Assembly: GCA_010093605.1 (NCBI GenBank)
Contig: MU004187.1
Span: 1,726,882 to 1,790,881, forward strand
Direction: 5' to 3'
Length of the DNA: 64,000 nucleotides
Source of the DNA: Lophium mytilinum
Lineage: Eukaryota
The notes below the pieces were generated by a model. That model made no database searches and had not been told where the DNA came from. It was given only the letters and a program-made list of their open reading frames with translations. Positions 1 through 9,158 of this stretch are shown piece after piece. Within the stretch, counting starts at the first letter, position 1; each line of letters starts with the position of its first letter. The position numbers and the translations under genes were made by a program.

Positions 1-1069
1 ACTCCGCTACGCCACTGTCATCTCTACACGCCTTGCTAGGATCATTCAGTGGCTCGAACGTCGTGACCAATACCAGCAAGTCCACTCCCAATAACCAGAG
101 TCGACATCCGTGCGTATTCGATCCTTCAAGATTACTAAGGAAAGCAGCCACGACGCTGTCCATAGATGGATGACCCGAAGCAAGGAATTTGATAAAACGC
201 CGGCTTAGAGGATGGAGTGATGTCGGCCAAATCTTGCACGGATATCTCTATCCCGATCTTCCTCTTTGAGGCTAATCCGTCCAGCTGCCTCGACTCGGGG
301 ATCTGGCCTGTCACGCGGACTGCCAATGCTGGACTGCTTCAAGGCTTAGCTTCCGTGTCACGTCGCAGATCTATGTTCGCAGCATGCGCTTGTAATATTG
401 AGACTTCGACTTTGAACCAGGACGAGTGCCCGTAGTGACGAGCAATGCAGATCAGCGAGACAGAAAGAAGGGACCTGGAGACACAAGCATATGGGACTAA
501 CAGCAGTGCGAATGATAACCTAGTACCGCCAGCGAGAGCCAACAGACTTCTCTTTGTATGCTCCTTTTGCGTCCAAAATCAACTATTCCACTCACTGTAC
601 GGACTGGTAAGGCCTACCGGAGTAGAAGCGATTGTGGTAGTTTATTGGCCCAATTTGTCGATCTCCCCATTTTTACATCGCGTGAAAGCGTGCAGATGAA
701 AATGAGATGATTTCGTCATTCGCACATAGCAAAACGATATCCTGTGCTTGATCACAGTACTGGGACATACGTTTCGGCAGGTTCTCTTATCATCTCCTCC
801 CCAATTATGACAGGGAGGAGCGGTGAGGCTTGAGGGCTGGGGCAGGCGCGTGCGTATACCCTTACTTTCCTCCAGGCCTTTCTCTCTCCCTCTCTCTCCT
901 CAACATTCTCATCGTCGTCACCGAATACAGCGCAAGCAACATCTCTACTCTCTTGTTACTTGACTAGACTTGTGGCAGTTTTCAGGCCAATCAATCGTTA
1001 ACTTTCCAAAGCCTCTTCTCAAGAAACGCAGTCCTCAAAACACCATTCTTCGTTTACCAGCAGTCACGC

Positions 1070-2854
1070 ATGGCTCCCAACGCTCTGCGGCTCACCGTCG
1101 CTCTTGTAGCACTCACTTCCTTCGCCATCTCATCACAGGCAGCCCAAGTCACTTCATCAGAGGCAGGCCATATCACTTCATCACAGGCAGCCCAACCCGC
1201 CTCATCACAGGCAGCCCCCACCTCATCACAGGCAGTCCCAGTCGCCCCATCACGGGCAGTCCAAGTCACATCATCAGAGGGAAGCCATGTCGCCTCATCA
1301 CAGCCAGCCCAAGTCGCTTCATCACAGGCCCTGACTTGCCCGCATTCGGGTTACAGCCCTGACCCTGCTTTGTTTATGTTCGAGTGGCCGCCATCCTGCC
1401 CGGCAGTCCAACCCGCCTCATCACAGGCAGTCCCAGTCACCTCATCACAGGCAATCCAAGTCAGGCTGAAGCCCTGGTTTCATGTTAAGCAAGGGCCGAT
1501 GAGTATCGGTGGCTGCGACAGTCATCTCGAGAAACTGGAAGCAGCGTACGAGGAGGCCATCATCCTGGCTCAAGGGGGAGCAGAATGGATGGAAAAGCTT
1601 CGCCAACCTCGACCGAACAGGACTGAGGACCGTCTTGGGTACTTGCACTGGAACAAAGCAAGCAAGTCCGTCTACGATATTTTCGGCATTACGGTCGACC
1701 CCTGGGACGAAATCCCACCTCGTAAGGTCAGATCTGCGTTGGAATACATTGGGAACGCCTACAGAGCTGTTGCAGAGCATGCCTTCGAGACGGAGAGTCT
1801 CCAGGACCCGATTGCGCGACCGAAGCTTTTCTGTGGAGACAAGTTCGCTACGAAAATCAAGAAAGCATCAGACATTCAGGATGAGAAGCTTAGATCTGAA
1901 TATTGGTCTGGTGTCGTCGGCACACTCGCAAACGTCGATCCCGGAGATGGTCTAGGAGTCACACAACCGTGGACAACGCTACTCAACACTGATGACTTTT
2001 GCCCAAAGGGTTTCGGAGGCGCTACCGATATAACTTTCAATTATACATTCATTTGTCCATCAATGCTCAGCGACTACCCAACCATTGGACACCAGAGATT
2101 CCTTTATGACCGCGACGAGAATCCGGCCACTCAACGAGCTGCAACTAGCATGAACGAGATACATAAGCTTAGCACCCTCCTGCTGCATGAGTTCTTCCAC
2201 CTTTACACGCATATTGAGGACCATTTCGAGATCATGGCCGACGAAAGCACTTACCTTACAATAAAACCGCCAAAACAACCAGGGCTCGATTCTACAAAAA
2301 GCCTTTATGGATACAACCAGTCATACATGCTGGCGAGAATATATCCAGAAAATGCGGAGGAGAAAAACGTTACCGGCAGGTATAAAACTCTGCAGACTGT
2401 AGACACGTACGTGATGTTCGCGAAGTCAATGTTTTTCGAGGATTTTACTTTTGAAGGGTTCGCGGGCTGGGCGAGGCCCATTCCAGGAGTCGATCTGCAT
2501 ATCACTGAGTGGGGATCTTTTGTCTGGCATGACCAGAGGTACAGGTTCCAAGGGGTGAAGAGCAAGACCCGAAAGCTTCAGGCTCCCCCCACGAGTCCTG
2601 AGCTTCAGGCTCCCCCCGCGAGTCTTACGCCTCAGGCTTCCCCTACGAGTCCTGAGTTTCAGGCTCCCCCCGCGAGTCTTACGCCTCAGACTTCCCCCAC
2701 GAGTCCTGAGTTTCAGGCTTCCCCCAAGAGTCCTATGCGGCCGCTTGAGCACCCACATCATTGGTATCACTCTTTCTCGATGGTTTATGGGACCACTATC
2801 TTTGCTGGGATTGTCCTTGTTGCGTGGTTTTTTTGGCGTCCATTAATCATGTAG
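1070..2854 (+). CDS. Secreted or membrane-anchored zincin-like metalloprotease (HEXXH) with Ser/Gln/Ala- and Pro-rich repeat regions
   Basis: 594-aa intronless ORF. Hydrophobic N-terminal signal (LRLTVALVALTSFAIS), SSQAxxxx repeats, LLHEFFH motif followed by H-I-E-D, QAPPTSP repeats, and a C-terminal TM segment (TTIFAGIVLVAWFFW). The layout resembles M35/deuterolysin-like zincins. Confidence 0.7.
   Translation: MAPNALRLTVALVALTSFAISSQAAQVTSSEAGHITSSQAAQPASSQAAPTSSQAVPVAPSRAVQVTSSEGSHVASSQPAQVASSQALTCPHSGYSPDPALFMFEWPPSCPAVQPASSQAVPVTSSQAIQVRLKPWFHVKQGPMSIGGCDSHLEKLEAAYEEAIILAQGGAEWMEKLRQPRPNRTEDRLGYLHWNKASKSVYDIFGITVDPWDEIPPRKVRSALEYIGNAYRAVAEHAFETESLQDPIARPKLFCGDKFATKIKKASDIQDEKLRSEYWSGVVGTLANVDPGDGLGVTQPWTTLLNTDDFCPKGFGGATDITFNYTFICPSMLSDYPTIGHQRFLYDRDENPATQRAATSMNEIHKLSTLLLHEFFHLYTHIEDHFEIMADESTYLTIKPPKQPGLDSTKSLYGYNQSYMLARIYPENAEEKNVTGRYKTLQTVDTYVMFAKSMFFEDFTFEGFAGWARPIPGVDLHITEWGSFVWHDQRYRFQGVKSKTRKLQAPPTSPELQAPPASLTPQASPTSPEFQAPPASLTPQTSPTSPEFQASPKSPMRPLEHPHHWYHSFSMVYGTTIFAGIVLVAWFFWRPLIM
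1128..1462 (+). repeat. Coding tandem repeat, ~24-bp unit with core tcatcacaggcag (SSQA), in two blocks
   Basis: About 9 units at 1128-1330 and 2 more at ~1405-1462 inside the zincin ORF. Confidence 0.85.
2574..2737 (+). repeat. Coding tandem repeat, 27-bp unit (QAPPTSPEL/QAPPASLTP)
   Basis: Six units of cag-gct-ccc-ccc-acg-agt type just before the C-terminal TM segment. Confidence 0.85.
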
Positions 2855-3199
2855 GCACTTTTCTCAGGAAAGGCCCAGTAGAGTGGACTGAATTATTCTG
2901 TCAATGAATCAATTATACCACAATCACTCGTCACAGATCCTTGCACACTTGTCTACCGCTGTTTCAAGGTCCTCAATGCGTTCTTGAAGTTCTGAACTTT
3001 ATGTACTCATTGGCACAATGAGCAAGCTTGCCGGGCCACCTCACACAGTGACTAATGGAAGTACACATTTACAAGTGCCGTTCGTTGCTCTGGGTCTCTG
3101 TGAGCATGATGAAGCACCACAAGCGGTGGCAGAACAGTGTACAGAACTAAGCCGTAAGTCTGAGCACAGGAATACCACTCTCAAAGTATTGCTATTAGA

Positions 3200-3990
3200 G
3201 ACTAGGCACCACCGTCAGGAGTAGCCCAGCAAGCAAGTCGGTAGTCAGATACGAGGTAGTCTAATATCTACTGTGTGAGTCTTGACATTGGGTTGAAGGA
3301 ACCATAAGCTTACAAATACAAATATCAGCACTGCTCGATTGTCACATTGGAAGCTAGACACCACCGTCGGGAGTAGCCCAGCAAACAGGTAGCTAGTTAG
3401 GTAAGAGTTAGTCTGAAATCCACTGTGTAGACCTTAACATTGGATTGGAGTAACTATAAATTCAGCTACACAGATATCAGCACTGCTCGATTCTGATTTT
3501 GAACTTGAGACGCCACCTTCGGGAGTAGCCTAGCAAGCAGGTAGCTAGTCAGGTAAGAGGTAGTCTAATATCTACTTTGTAAGCCTTGACATTCGGTTGG
3601 ATTAGCTATAAGTTTGGCTACACAGATATTAGCGCTGCTCAGATATCATTTTGAAAGCTAGACACCACCGTCGGGAGTAGCCCAGCAAGCAGGTAGCAAG
3701 TCAGGTACGAGATAGTCTAACATCCACTGTGTGGGCCTTGACATTCGGTTGGATTAGCTATAAGTTTGGCTACACAGATATTAGCGCTGCTCAGATATCA
3801 TTTTGAAAGCTAGACACCACCGTCGGGAGTAGCCCAGCAAGCAGGTAGCAAGTCAGGTACGAGATAGTCTAACATCCACTGTGTGGGCCTTGACATTCGG
3901 TTGGATTAGCTATAAGTTTAGCTACATAGATATTAGCACTGCTCGAATGTCTTTTTGAACGCTGGACACCACCGTGAGGAGTAGCCCAAC
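3200..3990. repeat. 152-bp tandem repeat, 5 full copies plus a partial sixth
   Basis: Core caccaccgtcgggagtagccc starts at 3207, 3359, 3511, 3663, 3815 and 3967, an exact 152-bp period. Copies 4 and 5 are nearly identical. Confidence 0.95.
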
Positions 3991-4137
3991 AAGAGAAACA
4001 TGAAACAGTCAGAAGGCAGCTTAGATCTTGTTGTATGAAACATTACATCGGTTCTAGCTTATGGTAAACTTGTTGTGGCGCCTCAGACAGTGGCAAGCAA
4101 GTGTGCGCCAACCTATAGCGGGAGTCAGCGATTACAC

Positions 4138-4560
4138 TTGCTTACGGCCGTTGGGGTTGCTTCGTGGCTCTCCGAAAACATTGGCAAGATGGAAAATCTC
4201 TGAGAGCTTGAATTAAAGTTATGGTAAATCGTCACGGTTAGTCTGCTTGCCGCTGTTTGTGGTGCCTCAGCACCTCATCATGAATCGGGACCAGATGAGA
4301 AGACAGCCTGGCCAGATTGCGTCCTAGTACTGTAGAGTACCGTGTCAGAGATCTAGAAACACCTGCTTACCACCGTTGGGGTTGCTTCGTAGCAATATGA
4401 AAGAGTTGATAAGATGCAAAGTCTCCAAGAGCTTGAAATCGAAGATGTCGCAAAACCTGGCAGTCCGCTTACTTACCACGGTTAATGGCGCCTCACCACC
4501 ACATCATGGATCAATACGAGGTAGAGAAGACCGTGAGGCCTAAACTTGTGCCCTAGTACC
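4138..4560. repeat. Degenerate ~225-bp tandem duplication
   Basis: The string cttac...ccgttggggttgcttcgt...aagatg...gagcttgaa...gcctca...catcatg...gagaagac...cctagtac recurs starting at 4141 and 4366. Confidence 0.75.
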
Positions 4561-4771
4561 ACACTAGGCTACGTTAGTTTGAATCAGAGCAATAACATAA
4601 GCTAATAGTTGTCCTAATTGCCGCTGTCTGTGGCGCCTCAGTACCCCACTAACAAGTCCTTAGTCCAATCATCTTACCATTACGATTGGTGCCATTTTGG
4701 ATTCGCTATGAATTAAACATCGCAAGACTTCTTTAGATGGACAACGCCTCGACTTGGATATTTTCAGGTTT

Positions 4772-6057
4772 CTAAAACCCGGCGTCTCTTATCCATCCTT
4801 CGATCTGGTCTGCTGTTTTCGCCGCGGCTTCAATTCCAACCCATCCTTTTCCTTCTTCCAACCCATCAGCGAAACCAAACAGCTGTCTCATCACGCTCCT
4901 TCCTATGACAGGGACCTTCTCTTGCAGCTCATCCCACTCCCAGGGGATCTCATCTAAGACATCTCTGTCAAGTTTGTGGACGTAGATTTTGACAGGCCCA
5001 TCATAACCGCCTGCTCCAAGCGAAGTGCCGGAGGTAGCAACGAGCCGAATCACTCCTAGCTCGCAATTGATGGTCCAAGTGAGGGCGGGATCCCCAGGGA
5101 ATGGAAGACCGCGCCGGAATAGGAACGACAGGGTGGCTGAGGCCTGCGTATGAGCGGACGTTTGGAGGGCCCCTTACGTTGAGTTAGATCGATATGTTGT
5201 ACTATAGATGAAGACATTTCTAGACACTATACCATGTAATGAGACCAGGTCGGGAACATCTGAGCGAACAGTCTCGACTATTTCATCAGTTTTTGGATTT
5301 CGGATCCGGACATCAGGACGCTGGAGTTGGAGACGCGCAGCTACTGAATCTGGAACTAAATCCCCCAATACCGATTGGACAAGATCAATAACTACTCAGG
5401 ATGAGTTCATACAGCCTCTGTCTGTACTTCGGTGTACGTACTGTGCCCGAACCCAATGGTAATGGGATTTCCGCCCACTTCCCGCTTTGCGAAATATTTC
5501 AGCGCAGGCGGCAAGAATTCCCTCGAATTAGTACCGCCATACTCTTGGATCTCACTGCTCAGTACTTTGCCGAGTTCTCCAGACCCGATGATCTCCTTAA
5601 GCTTCAGCACAGGTGGCGCAAGTCTTCCTTGCAGTCCAATTGCTACCCTGCTGCCCTTTTCCCTTGTCAGCTTCACCAACTCATCGATTTGAGCCTTGTT
5701 CGAGGCGATTGGCCACTCGATATAAGCATCTTTTCCAGCCCTGATACTCGGCAAGACTGTCTCGTAGTGCTTGTCCACCCGTGTGTTGCAGATCACAAGG
5801 TCGATGTCGGGATCGTTGGCCAAATCTTCTGGGGTGCCGTATGCTTTGGTGGTTGGCGCGAGGTCGTACGTTTTGATAGCGGCTTGAGCAGCAGCAACAC
5901 TGCTATTACAAAGGGCTACGATAGTGAATCGCGAAAGGCCGGCGGCTGTCTTGAGTGCGGGAAGATGGGCAGCTGATGCCCAAGATGTGGCTGCGGAAGA
6001 GGAGAGCCCGATTAATCCAATGCGGAGCGGTCTCTTCGGTGTTACTAGGGAAGACAT
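4772..6057 (-). CDS. Gfo/Idh/MocA family oxidoreductase (Gal80-like fold), 3 exons
   Basis: RIGLIGLS...WASAAHLP, DIDLVI, H..YIEWP and ITIGFGH motifs. Introns near 5440-5391 and 5233-5173 join ORFs 5407-6057, 5174-5368 and 4772-5053. Confidence 0.85.
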
Positions 6058-6494
6058 GGTGAACTAGGAGATAAAAGCCCGATATCTTAGTCGAAAGGAG
6101 ATGGAACATTGCTCTTTATCGAGCATGCATTCGAGATTTGTAATCTGTTTGGGTGACGAATAGCGAGGCTGTTACCAAGCATTCAGAGGCGCCCCTTCTA
6201 AGAAAGTTCCCGAGAATAGAGCTCCATATCAGTTGGGCTTCATATCTGGTGTTCTTGAGAGAAGGTATATGCCTAGGAGGCGAGGTCATCAAAACAACGC
6301 TAGACCCGAGCAATATCGGCTAAATTAATACAGTGCTGCATCACGTGATACTACTCGGCCCCCTATCATTGCACGAGAACTCACCCTCCATCACGATCCA
6401 ACTTTCGACTACACAGCATGACCAGCTAGCCTTAGAAGCCAAGTACATGAGACTCTCTAACGCACTGTTGAGACATAGCTATGCGTAGATATAA

Positions 6495-6556
6495 TATAAA
6501 CTGCAGCCTAGAAGGAGTATTGGCTGTATGTATATACTAGGAGCATCTCCCTATAT
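6495..6556. repeat. Degenerate direct repeat, copy 1 (copy 2 at 7689-7762)
   Basis: tata.actgcagcctagaagga.ta.tggct.tatgta...ctaggagca.c.ccctatat occurs at both positions. Confidence 0.75.
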
Positions 6557-6859
6557 AGTAAAACCTCGTTAGGATGGTGATGGTGTATAGTTATATTTTG
6601 CATACAGTAATACGGCCCGCTGGATTGTGATATTTGCCTCTTATATCATTAGTTCTTCCCTTGCTATAGTATTACTAAGTCCCTCTCACTATCGCCGGAT
6701 GTGTATGGGATAGTGGTCTGTTGCCGCTCTAGAGCCCCCTTAGAGTCCTGAATCTTGCTGTTTTAGGGGCGACCGGTCTACAAATCCTCCACACGTGACC
6801 TTTGGTACAGCGATGTTCTCTATACAGTAATAGTATCCCCCTGTAAGGAACCGAGAATC

Positions 6860-7684
6860 CAGTACGGAGTTACAAAACCATGATCCAAGCGTCGTCCAAT
6901 TCCGGGTTAAGAATGGATATCCTAGTACTGCGGGTTGGAGAGTGTGTTTCGTCTACTTCTTGCTCGGCTGCCTCGGACTCTGCAAATAAGAGAGGCGAGT
7001 GTTTGTGAGATGCACTGTCGAACATCGGCTTCTCCTCGGGGGTGGGCCGACGACGGAATATCTTTGAGAGCAAAATCCAGAGCAAGATGGTGAGCGAAGT
7101 GATGAGCAAAATACCGAACATGCAAACTGCCACAGAGGGCCAGAAAAGGCGTGCTCTCGACGGCGTTGTTTCGCGCTGTGTAGAGCGTGCGAGATCGTTC
7201 CGCCATTTCATCAGATGGTGAGTCCCGCATCGGAAGGAGGGGCGGGCGTAGTTGTCGTAGTTGTCGTCGAAGTAGGTGTCCAAGTAGCCGTCATAATCGG
7301 GACGTGTGGTGAGTTTAGACATGACTGGAAATGTTTGGTGAAGTGTTGGTCTTGGCGAGGAAGTTTTTGTGTTGGTGGGAGCGCGAGGGCAATGAGGCTA
7401 CGATTGCAACGTCTTAAATATTTAAGCCACTATGCCTTAGCGGAGCATGTGTCTTCCTATTTCCACGGTTCTTTGACCGACGCTTCCATGGTCACCGGGC
7501 TCTAGACACTTCTTGTGCTCTGGAAGGCGGAGAGTCACAAATTCGGACAGATGTGTGGTTCAGCTCCACCGACCCTGCGACTCGTTCCATACCTATCCCT
7601 TCGCACGGGGTCCACGTTTTATCGATAAGAAACGCGCCAACAAGGACTAGCTGGTAGGGGTGGCTGCTTAGCTTAACGATTGGA
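6860..7684 (-). repeat. Segmental duplication copy A (inverted relative to 42945-43659)
   Basis: The reverse complement shares long strings with 42945-43659, e.g. gcacaagaagtgtctaga, tggaagcgtcggtcaaaga, tcgtagcctcattgccctc, catttccagtcATG and taactccgtactg. Confidence 0.92.
6870..7322 (-). CDS. Small single-pass membrane protein, paralog of 43269-43649, ending in DDAWIMVL
   Basis: 150-aa ORF with one long hydrophobic segment followed by RRRP. Its C-terminal half aligns with the 43269-43649 ORF, and start and stop contexts are conserved. Confidence 0.75.
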   Translation of the reverse strand: MSKLTTRPDYDGYLDTYFDDNYDNYARPSFRCGTHHLMKWRNDLARSTQRETTPSRARLFWPSVAVCMFGILLITSLTILLWILLSKIFRRRPTPEEKPMFDSASHKHSPLLFAESEAAEQEVDETHSPTRSTRISILNPELDDAWIMVL

Positions 7685-7688
7685 ACAG

Positions 7689-7762
7689 TATACACTGCAG
7701 CCTAGAAGGACTACTGGCTCTATGTACTAACTCACTATAATGCCTAGGAGCAACCCCCTATA
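7689..7762. repeat. Degenerate direct repeat, copy 2 (copy 1 at 6495-6556)
   Basis: See copy 1. It begins about 5 bp outside the end of the duplicated block. Confidence 0.75.
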
Positions 7763-8086
7763 TTACTTTTCACATTACGAAGTGTTGGTGGTGGTCCGAA
7801 CTCGCCAGGCTTCCCCCGCTGCCTACCCAGGAATCGGTTTAAAGTCAAAGGCTTGAGCCGAAATGGCAGTGCACGGACGATATCTCCGTAAATAAACGGC
7901 GAATGACGCGGTGCTGCCTTTACACCCGTTATTGCAATCTAATTTCTCACCACTTTTCACGGACCATGCTCTAGGGGCAAGAAATATATAAGGATCGTCC
8001 GTCGTCGAGACCATGTATCAGCATCAGTCTTTCCCGTTCAGCAATTGATCTGTCCATCTTTCCATTCCTTCATTCAAGTTTCAAGA

Positions 8087-8820
8087 ATGGCCATGATTTC
8101 CAACTCTGTCGCTCTCGCGTTTGCGACTCTTCTGTATTCTTTGCCAGCAGCCCTTGCGGTCCCAGACGTTACCGTCAGTGCCCTTCCCGCCGGATGTTCC
8201 TCGTACCCTGGATATGACGCCGACACTGGAGTGGCCGGCCCATGGGTGCTTCAAACTGTCTCCACCGACAATACCGCAATTGAAGGCTTCTCGGACACCA
8301 GTGTCTACTCGGTCGCTTTCAGCACGAAGCCAGAGCTGCGATGGGGATCGGTATTATGATTGACTATGCCGTACGGGAAGCCCTGGTTTCGCTGATACTT
8401 CCCCAGATTACATTCCCGAACGACAACAAGTACGCAAAGACTCCACTCCAGTGCCAAAGCGATGTCTTGAACGCCCGCGTCCCCACCGATCTCACCGCCG
8501 CTGGTGCCCCGACTGACTATCAATGGACGCCGCTGGTTCTCTCGCCATACCCCTACGACGCCGAGCTTATGTGGAAGGTCAACGGCGACGAGGTCAAGAT
8601 CTTCGAGCACTACATCAACGGCACCAAGCAAGACGGCGTCTTCCTTGGCGGCTACGATGCCTCCACGACTTGGGGCTTCAAGTACTACCCGGCCGATCAG
8701 GGCTCGAGCGGTCTTGATTACTTCCTCATCCGCCTTCTGGGCCCGGACAGTGCTGATCCGACCACGGGCGCGGCGCTGCAAGCGAATGAGACCACAGGTT
8801 TCATCAAGATCTATGCTTGA
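8087..8820 (+). CDS. Secreted protein of unknown function, 2 exons
   Basis: Signal peptide (NSVALAFATLLYSLPAALA). Intron 8351-8407 (gtatta...gctgat...cag) joins two ORFs with strong C-ending codon bias. TATA-like atatataag at ~7985. Confidence 0.8.
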
Positions 8821-9061
8821 GCAGCTGCTCATCCGGGCATGCCTAGTGCGCTATGGAGGGTGCCAGTCAGAGCGTTGGGTGCGTTAAGTCCACGCTCGCT
8901 ACGAAAGGACGCCAAAGCAGCGCACACATTTCTCATTAAGGCTATCTGAGTGCACTATAAAGGCTACCAAGTGATGCGCTCTAAGTGCGTCCAATTTACG
9001 TTCATGGATATTGAACATTAGTAGTTCGGTGTGTCTAATCAAGACTTTCAAATTTGGAGAT

Positions 9062-9124
9062 TTACTCCCATTACTCCCATTATTCCTATTGCTCCCATTA
9101 TTCCCATTACTTCCATTACTTCCA
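9062..9124. repeat. 9-bp minisatellite (ttactccca) x7
   Basis: Seven imperfect copies lie just downstream of the stop codon of the minus-strand epimerase gene. Confidence 0.9.
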
Positions 9125-9158
9125 TCACTTCGTCTCCCGAATTCCGCAACAGCTATAC

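Noticed and set aside
1..700. Possible gene end or short ORFs at the window start
   Set aside because: No motif or clear exon structure is visible, and it cannot be judged without upstream sequence.
1128..1462. RiPP (dikaritin/KEP) precursor repeats
   Set aside because: There are no KR/RR Kex2 sites between repeats and no DUF3328 gene nearby. The repeats fit a glycosylated stalk better.
3200..3990. Multi-microexon Cys-rich gene on the minus strand (42-48-nt exons, KLIANPTECQGPH)
   Set aside because: Acceptors look good, but donor sites are non-consensus or not conserved, and one copy has an in-frame stop. It is kept only as a hypothesis.
3200..4645. CRISPR array
   Set aside because: The context is eukaryotic with no cas genes. 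The inter-core sequences of the 152-bp array are homologous to each other rather than unique spacers.
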